DNA of 64,000 nucleotides from Macrostomum lignano (Eukaryota), in NCBI GenBank assembly GCA_002269645.1, contig NIVC01000041.1, positions 248,001-312,000 of the forward strand. Direction: 5' to 3'. The position numbers and the translations under genes were made by a program. The notes under the pieces are model-generated. The model did no database searches. It worked only from the letters and a program-made list of their open reading frames with translations, and was not told the origin of the DNA. This document shows, in pieces, positions 1 through 11,930 of this stretch. Positions within the stretch are counted from its first letter, which is position 1. Each line of letters begins with the position of its first letter.

Positions 1-354
1 TGCTACTAAGCACTTCCGGATTTCGCCTATCTGCTCGAATATCCGCTCCTCTGGCGAGCAATTGTAAAAGACAATATTTTCGATGGTGGGACAGACAACT
101 TGGCTGATCGAAATGGCGCAATGTAAAAATTCTGAGGGACGTCTCCCGGAAGGGATTTTGTGCAAAGGAGACGAGAATAAAGAGGATTTGATACTTTAAA
201 AAGTGCATCGGTACTTCCTGAGTTCTATACGTACTGGAAGACAGAGTGGCCTTGCAGACAGACTTGGTGAAAGAGAAAAACAATTCTAGGTGAAAAGCAC
301 TAAGGAGACAACGTCAGGTACGAAAAGGATTTAAGGAAAGCTCTGCGACCAAGG

Positions 355-545
355 ATGTCCAAAAACAAGACAAACACTAAGGAAGACACAAAGTGTCGGG
401 CTCCAAGACAAAAACTAAGAAAGACACAGTGTCTTCCAAGACAAACACCAAGACAAACACCAAGAAAGACAAAGTGTCTTCCAAGACAAACCAAGACAAA
501 CACCAAGAAAGACAAAGTGTCCGAAACCAAGACAAACACTAAGAG
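355..545. repeat. Short degenerate tandem repeat (AAGACAAA(C/G)...)
   Basis: Recurrent aagacaaacacc and aagacaaagtgtc units; explains ORFs 300..539 and 355..621. Confidence 0.6.
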
Positions 546-619
546 ACACAGAGGGCTGACACAAAGAATCCAAGAGTTTCAGACTGACGTGACACGGTCA
601 TCAGATTCTGTAAGACTGT

Positions 620-1612
620 AGCAGTGTAGCATTCCATAACTATCGGCCGTAAAGACGGTCTGCTTGAGATCGTGGCTGCACTAATTGTCTTGAAGGAGCA
701 TGGAGACCGTGAAGAAGATGACCGCTCCTATATCTGAACCTATATCTGAGCAGGGAACAGGTAAATGGACCACCCGGAAGGCCTCGTACCAAGAAGCTGG
801 ATTCCACGAAGGGCGACGTACCTGGAAGACATGAGCCCTAGAAGTTGATACCCTGTTAGTGCGACCCACCAGGAATTGAGGATTCTATATTGCATAGGAA
901 CGCATTCAGCGCCAGGTGACTGGCGCTCTCAACAGAACTCTGAGACCGCAGGACCACAGGCGGTTTGGTGGAGTCAAGCCATGATAATGGTTGAGATCTT
1001 TGAAGTAAAGACACCCAGCTACAAGAGGGCCCTTCCAAACCCTTAGTGGGAATTTTCCAACCTACTCTTGTGGCCCGAGACTTATTTATCTCCTGGTGGA
1101 CCCACCGAATTCTCAGCGCGCAGAGCAGTTGACAACCCCGCTAAACAATCGCTATCGCCCGAAGACAAAAACTGGAAACTATAGGAGGAAAGCAAGCCTT
1201 CCAATTAGACAGAATTTGTACAGGGAGTGACGCTCGCATTAACGGTTCAGCTGCTGCTTACAAATACGAAGACAGCGCTGCAGGTTATTAGTCGGGGCTA
1301 TAGAAAAGCCGGATCATTATGTACAGAGGTAGAACTGATTGCTATAGCTGTATGGCTAGGCCTCTGGCCAGAAATTTGAGGAATCGCATAATTACGTATC
1401 CCCAAATTGGCAGGTTGCTATAGAAGGGGAGGAACACAATCCAACGGGGGATGCTGGGTAGGGGGATCGCTCCTGCTAGAGCCGACGAACTCGCCTTTGA
1501 TCTGCCTATTTTCTCCTCTCCAAACGGCAGCGTCAAAGCAACATTATTAACGCGTTTTCTGTCTTACTCTGCGGTCATCCTCCGATTGCAAAAACATTCC
1601 CCGGTTTTTCCT

Positions 1613-1660
<48 letters not shown>
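620..1660 (+). mobile_element. Degenerate non-LTR retrotransposon fragment (post-RT connection plus RNase H-like region) ending at a (CT)n tract
   Basis: Broken frames give ERIQRQVTGALNRT (~895-940; LINE post-RT QR..tGA.rT motif), RICTGSDARINGSAAAY (~1210-1265) and SLCTEVELIAIAV (~1315-1350; RNase H AEL.AI-like). Many stops; (CT)n at 1616-1660. Confidence 0.3.
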
Positions 1661-1663
<3 letters not shown>

Positions 1664-3579
1664 CTTAGTCAGTAGCCTTGATGCCACCTTCCCCCCTCGT
1701 CATCTTTCTCCTTTTCCTCTTTATAGCGTCCCTTTTTAGAGAGCCACAGAAATAGTTGTTGTTGGGGAAATTCGCAAATTACAGTGCTTAAAGAGCTTGG
1801 AGCGGCTAGCAATGTCGCTGTCTTGCGTTATGCAGACACAGATCGGTACAAATCAGATAGACCGATATGAGGGATAACTTGACAGTTACGTCTTGATCGT
1901 AGCTACTCTTAAGTATTTTAAGTCAGGGGCGCAGCCAGGTCGGAAGGGACACCATCGTGGAAGCGCCGGCAGCTTAAAGGGAGAGAGATGAGAGGGGAGA
2001 GGAGAGAAGCGGGGAAAGAGGAGAGAGAGAAGAGTAGAGGGGAAGAATTGAAGAGAGAGCCAAGAAGAGACATACGCTCGTACATGTACACTCAGCAACA
2101 TGCTAAAGAAACCAGTGGTCAACTTGTCTCAGATCTCAACCCCAAGCGACGTGATTTACTCGTCTCAATTGTGGGTGATGCAATTTGCGTCACAATGCTT
2201 AGGCTGGTGAGGAGAGAGTGGAGAGTTATGGCTAGAATTGGATTAAAGCAGCCACTGGTTGACCCCAGCTGGTTTCAAGGTGGAAACTTTAAATGTTGCT
2301 GAGTCTAACCCATATGCTGGCCGGTTTGCTATTGTGAAGTTTTAAAGGACCCGAGGACCGGATAGAGAGGCTTCGCGGTCCGAATGTTTGCCGACCCCTT
2401 GCTATAGCAAAACTTTGATATTCTGCCGACTCAGTCTAATTCCCAGCTTTAGTTTTGTGAGGCTTGCGTGTGAGGTCGGGTTGCGCCTTTGTGCTTGTGT
2501 TTGCTATCGTTTTTTCCACACGTGCTCTTTTGTGCATACGGCTCTGTACATTTTAAAATCAGCCATGTCCCATCGGCGGTGAATCGTTTTTATTCTAATC
2601 GATTTTCTATCGTTAACGATTGATAAAATGAACGCTTTCGATCGTGAATGGTTGATTCCGAGAATCCCGTGTTGGCAAAACTCGCCGAGACATCCACTTT
2701 AAAATCCTGCAGCTACCCCGGACTGACGTGACATCCTACTCAAGGCAGAGAATGCAGAGACCTACAGCTTGCAGACTCTGCTGCAGCGGGTGGCTCGGCT
2801 CTAGGAGCTGTCCAGGCGATAGCCGGTTGCGGCAGTCAGTGCCATCAGCGCTACTTGAGCAGAAAGAGGTACCGTCCGAGGACCGCTTTAGTCATGTCAA
2901 CCCCTCCAGTTTGTTAGTGTCTGATTTCCTGTTAGCTCACACTTTCATGTTCGTTTGTGGACATGTACTTGAGCAAATAGACAGCTTAACGGCTAAACAG
3001 CTCCCGAGGCACGGCGCAAAAAAACTAACGTATATTTGTGTCTGTTGCTCTGGGGAGCCATTCAGATGAATTCTCTTAAGTTTAACTGCTAGTATATTCC
3101 AAGAGCGTAGTTTATATACAGTATAATTACGAGCTAATAATCCATCAATTAAAGTTGAAAACCAGCTTTCAAAACAATTGCGGCAGTTTTAGGCCCGCAA
3201 GTTTTAATTGGCGCACCTTTTCATGTCTATCTTTTATGCGTCTAGAGAAGCCACTAAGCTAGAGAGACGAATAAAGCTGATTAATGAAATAGAAAGAAGG
3301 AAGTAAAAGGCTGCTAAATGCGCAACCATCCCGAGTGCAATGCGATTCTTGCACTCGATCAGACACGACCGCTGCAGCAGAGGATACAGGAAAACTTGAC
3401 TCTCGTAGCTACTCCAGCCACTGCGTGGAGTCTGCATGTCGTAGGTTTTTTTCTCTTTAAAAATTGTCGAGAACAAGATCAGTTTTGGGGTTGAGACAGT
3501 AAAAAACTAATTAATTAAGTCATGCGTGCAAAATCCAGGGGCTTTGGGCAAAGCTACACTATAGAGAACAACGAAATAC

Positions 3580-6031
3580 CATGGATCGGAGTTCGGTCGT
3601 TCACTAAACCAGCATCGTCTGCTGCTAACCAATCATAATTTTCGTTGAGCTCTTAGAATAAGAAACTAAAAAATTAGAAAGCATGGAAAGCATTGCACTC
3701 CGACACTTTACATCTCTGACACTTCATATCTCCGACACCTCATATCTCCGACACTTCATATCTCCGACACTTCATATCTCCGACACCTCATATCTCCGAC
3801 ACCTCATATCTCCGACACTTCATATCTCCGACACTTCATATCTCCGACACCTCATTTCTCCGACACTTCATATCTCCGACACTTCATATCTCCGACACTT
3901 CATATCTCCGACACTTCATATCTCCGACACTTCATATCTCCGACACTTCATATCTCCGACACTTCATATCTCCGACACCTTATTTCTCCGACACTTCATA
4001 TCTCCGACACCTCATATCTCCGACACTTCATATCTCCGACACTTTATATCTCCGACACTTCATATCTCCGACACCTCATTTCTCCGACACTTCATATCTC
4101 CGACACTTCATATCCCCGACACTTCATATCTCCGACACTTCATATCTCCGACACTTCATATCTCCGACACCTCATATCTCCGACACTTCATATCTCCGAC
4201 ACTTCATATCTCCGACACTTCATATCTCCGACACTTCATATCTCCGACACTTCATATCTCCGACACTTCATATCTCCGACACCTTATTTCTCCGACACTT
4301 CATATCTCCGACACTTTATATCTCCGACACTTCATATCTCCGACACTTTATATCTCCGACACTTCATATCTCCGACACCTCATTTCTCCGACACTTCATA
4401 TCTCCGACACCTCATATCTCCGACACTTCATATCTCCGACACTTCATATCTCCGACACCTCATTTCTCCGACACTTCATATCTCCGACACCTCATATCTC
4501 CGACACTTCACATCTCCGACACTTCATATCTCCGACACCTCATATCTCCGACACTTCATATCTCCGACACTTCATATCTCCGACACTTCATATCTCCGAC
4601 ACTTCATATCTCCGACACTTCATATCTCCGACACTTCATATCTCCGACACTTCATATCTCCGACACTTCATATCTCCGACACTTCATATCTCCGACACTT
4701 CATATCTCCGACACTTCATATCTCCGACACTTCATATCTCCGACACTTCATATCTCCGACACTTCATATCTCCGACACTTCATATCTCCGACACTTCATA
4801 TCTCCGACACTTCATATCTCCGACACTTCATATCTCCGACACTTCATATCTCCGACACTTCATATCTCCGACACTTCATATCTCCGACACCTCATATCTC
4901 CGACACTTCATATCTCCGACACTTCATCTCTCCGACACTTCATATCTCCGACAGTCCGACACCTTATATCTCCGACACTTCATATCTCCGACACTTCATA
5001 TCTCCGACACCTCATATCTCCGACACTTCATATCTCCGACACTTCATATCTCCGACACCTCATATCTCCGACACTTCATATCATAACATACACTTCACAT
5101 TCACGACACTTCACATCATCATTTCATTTCTATTTTTTTAGCGTTGCCGCTATCCAATAATATTCTGTCTAAATTTTTCTTGACAAATTTGTGAGCGCAC
5201 CTTCGGTTCGGACTAAACACTTGCCTGCTTTATTTGAAATCCTCAGTCTAGACGGTGATTCGGTGTTCAAAAAATTGAAAAAATCCAATTTTCGAGAAAG
5301 CATTTTTTGCAAGCAGTGCCCTTCTGTTTCAGCTGTCCTAGATAGAAAATTTATTAAATATAGTCACGATAATTACAATAAAGACCTATCGCTGGGAGCT
5401 AATCATAATTACAATTATCCCATGCTCGTTAATTAGACTCACATCTTTCCAAATCGGCAATAGGCACCATGCAGGTGCGCCAGGTGCCCAAATTGTCGCT
5501 GCAGCGCGGCACGCACAGCGGATTTCGCACCTGTACAAATCGACTCCGGCCGCCCCAGGAGCTTGTCGACGTCGTTGCAGACGTTAAGCCTGACGTCGGT
5601 TTGCGCTCCCTGTCTTCGACATCATCAGACTGGTTCTTGCTCGAGTCGCTCTTAGGACAACCGCTGGCCTGTCCGTGATAGGCTACCTCGGCACGAATGT
5701 CGCTCACCCCGGTGAGGTCCAACTGCACAGTTGCTGAGAATGTCATTGACGTCCACTCGGAGCACCGCCTACGAACCGTCAGCCGCCGGGTTGGCACCGC
5801 CCGCGGTCGTCGCGACTGTTGCTGATTGGCCTCCGCGGCGGCTCGTCTGTGCTGGTAGCGCCGACATGAGGCTGGCATCGAAGCGGCAGTCTCGGCTGAG
5901 CTGCTGTCATCGTCTGGGAAGTCTTGAAAGTTGCCGAACGCCGGTAGTTGGCCGACGCGCACTTCGGCGCGACGTCGCAGGGACGGCATCATCGGCGATT
6001 CAGCTGGACTCTGAGAAGAAGAGGCCGCCAT
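3580..6031 (-). CDS. Unidentified multi-exon gene, 5' part (hypothetical protein)
   Basis: GC-rich 196-codon first exon 6031-5443 ends at T|GTGAGT. Phase-compatible exons 5332-5201 (cag|CT...G|GTGCGC) and 3651-3580 (taag|AG...G|GTATTT) stay open (SETEGHCLQKMLSRK..., ELNENYDWLAADDAGLV...). The 3' end is unresolved and no family was recognised. Confidence 0.5.
3714..5085. repeat. 16-bp minisatellite (CATATCTCCGACACTT), about 85 copies, in an intron of the minus-strand gene
   Basis: Direct reading; produces the spurious 467-aa ORF 3683..5086 with a 16-aa period. Confidence 0.95.
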
Positions 6032-7829
6032 TCAGGGACTGCCAACGTTTTTTAAAGCTGACAATCGGTTGAACTTAGCAGTAAGTCTCTTACTTTTCTA
6101 GGGTAGCAAGAGCGGCTTACAACGGTTCCGAAGTCAGGCCCGAACGGAGAGTCTGCAAATGCTGCTGAGTATTTGACAATGGAGTAAGCCCGACTCTCTG
6201 CCCGCGCTCTCCTCTCGTTTGTCGAGAACCCGAGTAGAGCAGGGCCGTGAGGTTGTGTCCAATGCTGCTAGCGAATGAGAACTGACCAAGATGAAGAGAA
6301 GCGTGCTTTTTTGTGAAGACGAGGCTGATGTAAACTGAAAACGAGAGATAGAAATGACGCAGAGAACTGGGGCTGCTATTTTCTTGATTCTCTCTCTCGC
6401 GCTCTCGATCCTTATAACTTCGTCTCCGTTGGTCTCAACCATCTCTCGCTCGTTTTTTCTATTTTGTAACCCGAACCCCCTCCTCTCTCTGTTTTCGAGT
6501 TTTCGAGCAGCAAGCATAAAACAAACCCCCATGCCCTCGAGGCTGCATGGCTGGCTCCACGCCGCCTATTATTCCATGTACAAACTGCTGAGTAAGGGAG
6601 AGAGGGTTGGACAGCCCCCGCCTGCCCCCTCATCACCTTTTCATTACCTCTCTCATCTTGAGAAGCTCGATTGCGACCGACAAAGCAATCGACAATTACT
6701 CAACTGTTCGCGTTAACCTCTATCTGCTCTCCTGAGCTGAGCTTTTCAGTGTAAATAATACAACAGGGCGATAATTCTAGTTTCTCTGCACTAAAACTTG
6801 AGCCTAAACCAAGAAACAGAGGTAAATAGGTAGCTTAGAGCAACAGCAAGACATTGCATGCCTCATTTGTCGTCTCAGATAGCTTATATTGCGCGCTCAA
6901 CTCTCAATGCGAGAGCCAAATGTTAATGAAATTGTTGGCTGCATTCATTGTTGAGTATGCTATATTTTATGCCAATCTTGGATTGGCAAAAAACCCTTAA
7001 TTGCACGGTCCCCTTCCCTCTCTAATGTAAAAATGGTTTCGTTAAAACAAAATTTAGTAGAAATACTTGAAGTCGCTTGTCTAAAGTATTGTTTTTAAAC
7101 GCCACAAAGTACCCTATAGTTTCTCAAATTAATTTGAAGAATGAAGAGAAGGTGTGTTTTTGTTTAATGTATTTTCGTTTTAAGACTACTACCGTAGCCT
7201 CTATCGCTGCAATCTGCGTTCTAAGAAGGGGACCATTGTTGAACAAAAGCACACATTTTGAAACACAAACGCCCAAAACGCGTGTTTAATTGTATTGTCG
7301 AAAGTGTTTCTTTGCCAAAATCCTTGATGCAATGAAGTAATTTTTTCTCAAACTCCACATTGCTAATCCACTGTACTAAAAGTAGCAACAAAAGAATATT
7401 AATCTTCAATTACTAGTTTCTCTTAAATTTTTTTCGATTCTAAACTGTTCTCTTTATCTTATCTTATCTGAACGGAACTAAAATTGTTAATTTAATGCAT
7501 TTCCTAAATATTAAGTGTTTAATACTCATTTTGATAATCGATCCAAAAATACTCACAATCTGATTTTCCTTTTTCCATTACCAACAATTCATTATTCCCA
7601 CTCGACCCATGGCGCAGCGCGCAATATTGCCGATATGTATAGAAAGCATGGCTTTGAGCATTTAAAAAAGCTGCATAATGTTACATTCCATGCAGTAGAT
7701 ACGCTACCACTCTAGACTATAGTATAAAAAACTAGTTTTGATGACAATACTAAAAAAATATTTCTTTTAAAACGTTTTGACTTTATTAGCACGATTTATC
7801 TGAAACTGAAAATTGTTTTAAAAAAATGT

Positions 7830-7901
7830 TAGCAGAGCGTGGTTTCGATCCACGGACCTCTGGGTTATGGGCCCAGCACGCTTCCACTGCGCCACTCTGC
7901 T
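7830..7901 (-). tRNA. tRNA-iMet: Initiator tRNA-Met (CAT)
   Basis: Reverse complement reads AGCAGAGTGGCGCAGTGGAAGCGTGCTGGGCCCATAACCCAGAGGTCCGTGGATCGAAACCACGCTCTGCTA: A1-U72 pair, CAU anticodon, AUCG T-loop typical of eukaryotic initiator tRNA. A T7 Pol III terminator follows (plus-strand A run 7820-7826). Confidence 0.97.
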
Positions 7902-8266
7902 TGATGCTGGCGTCTAAATCGATAAATATTTAAAGGATACCTTTGTACCTTGGTTTGCCTGGAATTTTTCCTAAGCGGTCAAACATCATCTCTAGACTGG
8001 GGGGTCAGGGGGGGGGGCAGTCCGAAGACGCAGCGGGGAGGCGAGAGTCGCCCATTCCGCTAAGGGGTCAGGGGTGACACGTGAAACGATCGAAAGTTGC
8101 ATGCATGAGAGGATGAGATTCAATAATTTAAGGGATTTTAGGAACTGCTGCGTGTGAGTCATGACCAAAATCCATTGTGGATGTCAATGTGAGATAAGAG
8201 TAAGCTGCCACTTGCACGGCGCCGGCGGTGCAGTGGCTGGATGGGCTGGGCTGGGCCCTGGCCTCC

Positions 8267-8639
8267 GGCCAGGATTTATGGGGGCGTGGGCGATGATGGC
8301 GCCCCGATTGAATCCAAAAAAGTCCTAATAACTTACCGCCCTCAGTTAATTTTGCTCAGTATGGCGCCCCATAGTGTATTATGCATGGCGCCCCCTCAGT
8401 GTATGGCCATGGCGCCCCTCTTGTGTATAACTTATGGCGCCCGTCAGTGTATGGCGCCCTCTATATGGTGTATAGTTTGGCGCCCCTCTATATAGTGTAT
8501 TAATATATGCATGACGCCCGGGCCCTCAAGTGTATTTTTGCGCCCCTCTTGTGCATAATAATGGCGCCCCTCTAGTGTATTTATGGCGCCTCTCTACTGT
8601 ATATTATGGCGCTCCCACTCTTATGGTTAAAATCCGGCC
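8267..8639. mobile_element. MITE-like element with imperfect TIRs and internal ATGGCGCCCC repeats
   Basis: GGCCAGGATTTA (8267) versus TAAAATCCGGCC (8628-8639); about 10 degenerate atggcgcccc units inside; no TSD identified. Confidence 0.35.
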
Positions 8640-8645
8640 CCCTTA

Positions 8646-8988
8646 TCTTATATCTATAGAAAGCTGAGTGGACCGATCGACCGGCCGGGTTTCCGCGTAT
8701 CAATTTTTATCATATATTTCAAAATCCGCCTTTGGCTGGGCATCATATATGTATACACATACTCTAGAGAAATCGCATCTTTTAGCCGGGATAACTTTCT
8801 TGAGCGAATCTATAGCTCTCTATTCATTATAAATATTTCATGTAAGATTGTATTCAATCATTTGGATGTAATTTCTGAAATTTTACGAAGCACTATAAAG
8901 CGCACTTCCCACCAATGTAACAAAGATTGGAGGAGCCAAGTTGTGTCCGGGGGGGTAATACGTACGCTCGAGTGCAGAACAACTAAGT
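8646..8988 (+). mobile_element. Helitron-like non-autonomous element (tentative)
   Basis: Starts A|TCTTATATCTATAGAAAGCTGAG, resembling the TC...TATAAAGCTGA 5' ends of animal non-autonomous Helitrons; the 3' end is uncertain. Confidence 0.25.
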
Positions 8989-11930
8989 ATGTACATGCAA
9001 TGTTACATGTGTATTAATTAATAATGCAACAAGCTGTTGCACGAGATTCAGATTCAATAAACAGAGGCAGCGCAGTTTTTTTTCAACTCGTAGTCACAAG
9101 AGACAATAATGAAAAAAAGTGGTAGAAAATTAGCAATGATGTGTTTTTGTATAATGATAATAGTGAAAATTGTCACCATGCACATTTGACTGATTGGGCA
9201 CACTAGAGTTGAGTGAAGTTCGACTGTGAACGTTAGACGTTAAATTGCGTGCGTATTCAAATGAGACAAATTAGTGTAATTTTTTTGACGTTGGTTTGTC
9301 TTGGAGGAGATTATAACACTATCCGCCATTCCTATTCCCTATCTCTTCTAAGTAACTATTGCTTACTCTATGAGCCTATTATAATATAATAACTACAATA
9401 GTATCGTGTTATAAGTATATCACTTCTTTATTATTTCTCAATTTTTTTCTGATCAATCTGGTAATGCCAATGCCATGTTATTGCCACTTACTGTCACTGA
9501 TACTATAGTATAGTGATAATGATATTGTTTATCTATTAATAATAATAACTGATATTGATAAGTATGCTATTGCTAATAATAATTAAGTGATAGGGCCTAC
9601 AATCAATATTGAGTGAGCAATACAATAGCACTACTACTGAGTTGTGATATAAATATAATGATACAGCTTAGCCAAGTTAGGCCTAGCCTTAAGCTTAGTG
9701 ATTGTTAGTGGCCAAGTGAAATTGTTATAAAATATAATAGAGGCCTAGGGTTAGATCAGTGTCATGTTGGGCACAATTTCAATACTCTGATGTTCAATTT
9801 TATCACTATTAGCAATACCTTTTGGGTAGGGCCTATCAGTATCAGATTAGGCCCTACTATCTAGACCAAGTAGGGCCTAGATAGACAAGAAACTATAATT
9901 CTTGGAAAAGTTTAAGAAACAAATTTCATTAAAAAAAATTATTTTCATATTTTTCAATTTTTTAAATATGATAATTTTATTTTTAGCATGAAAATTGTTA
10001 CTGCTTTTGATGAAAGGCAGAATGTTTGAAATCTGGAAAACCTAAAAAAACAAAAACATATGATATTTGTTTAACAAAGGCATAAAATTATATAATCATT
10101 ATAGTAGTTAGATATAAATACAAAACTTAATCAAACATTAAAAACCTAAAGTTAAATAAGCAATTAGCAAAAAAACAAAAGCTATGAACTTTTCAATTAT
10201 TTCATTTATCAAAATGCTAATATGAATTATAATGAATCCACATCAAAATAGCCAAGCAAAGAATGGCATATGTCAAAATGGCCACAAGAGAATAATGCAT
10301 GCATACATTATACAATATCCAGTTACAGTTACAGTTAGTAATGGTGTACCTATATTTCATTTTTAGTAAATGATAGAAACATAACATATTTAGTTAGACA
10401 AAAATCAAGCAATGAAATATAAAAAATAACTGCCAAACTTCTTAGCAATTTATTATATAGATACATATATGCTTAGACTTTAAAAAATTTTACCTATAGC
10501 TATGCTGCCTATTATAACACTTTTTGGTTTGCCCATTGTTTGTAATGTGAAAGAAAATTCCAGGCTCAAATTTTCTTATGGCAGGCTATGCACATCAGCC
10601 TTAAAATCGCATCCTGATTTTACAAAATAAGCATCCTAAAATTCTACCCTGAAATGCAATTTTCCATTCCATTTTTATAGAAAATACCAGAAACTAAGCT
10701 TAATACAATGTAGTACAATATAGTAAAGTAGCAAATAGAAATAGGTGATTATTAAACTAGGAATAAAAATGGAGAATAGAAATGGTCAATTTATACTTGT
10801 AGGAAAAAGATGAATATAAATTGAGAGATGATTTTAACAAGGGATTTAAAATGCAAAAAGAGACCATAATAAACAAGGTAAGCCAAGCAAGCCTAGGATA
10901 CTTAAGCTTGCATTAATAATTCATGCAAGACATGCTTTCAAATAAAACAAAAAAAGAAATTACTTAAAAAAACTATTGTTTGTATTTATTATATAATGCC
11001 TTATAAATGCCTTGAAATTGTACTGTGTCAGGCAAAAAATTGTTTTCCTTATTGCAGATATACAAAAAGATGACTATGTACATTATACTATTATTGTAAG
11101 ACATTCAGTTAAAAATAAAAAAATATTGTCATTTATGCCAAAACTGTTGCACGTGACATGTGCCAAAAAAGTTTCAACCTCTTGGCTGCACGCCGTGCAC
11201 ATAGCGCATGGCTGCCTGGTACCTTGTTGCATGCGAGAATTTTCCCCACAAAACAGCATTTTCAGGAGTATGGGTTGCTATTGCTTTTTCTTGCAACTAT
11301 CAAAAAGCTTAGCAAACTTTTTAGATAGTATTTAGATGTTTTTGCTTATTTTATCTCAATAATAGCTTTCAGTGTGCTTAAACTCTATTAGGTAATAGTG
11401 TTTGCATGGGATTTTAAATGTCTAAATGCTATAGTTGAGTAGGTTTGCATTTAGGCTATTAGGTAACCATATCTTATTTAGCCAAAAAAGGAATTCTAGT
11501 ATCTTAGAAGGACTAGATAGTCTTTTGAGTTGTGTGCAAGAGCAATGTCCTGCCAAAAGAGAACATTTCTATTTAGTAATAGACCATTATTGCCATGGTA
11601 AAATGTTCTCTTTCAGTGCCTTGATATACAGTATTAGCTATGACAATAATGATTTGAGCCTTTTATTTGTCATTGGCATTATATATTATATTTTGTTATA
11701 AGCATTATACTCTGGAGACAAAGGCATACAAAAGTACTATAGACAAGGATTTTTCCTCAGTTTAGACACTAGCAAATAGTAAGTAGAATAAAGTTTTTAA
11801 TGTCTCTGTTGTCAGGGTGATAGAAATTAAAGTTTATATACAGGGGATTATAATTTTATACTAATTTTTTTATTTAACATCATACTTTGACTCTGCAGAG
11901 ACTCTAATTTTTTTAAAAAGAAGCCAAACA

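Noticed and set aside
3683-5086. 467-aa ORF, the longest in the track
   Set aside because: Pure translation of a 16-bp tandem repeat (16-aa period) that happens to lack stops on one strand; it lies in an intron of the minus-strand gene.
7830-7901. Local tRNA-iMet as primer for the Gypsy element
   Set aside because: The PBS (TGGCGACCAC...) is not complementary to the iMet 3' end, which would give TGGTAGCAGAG.
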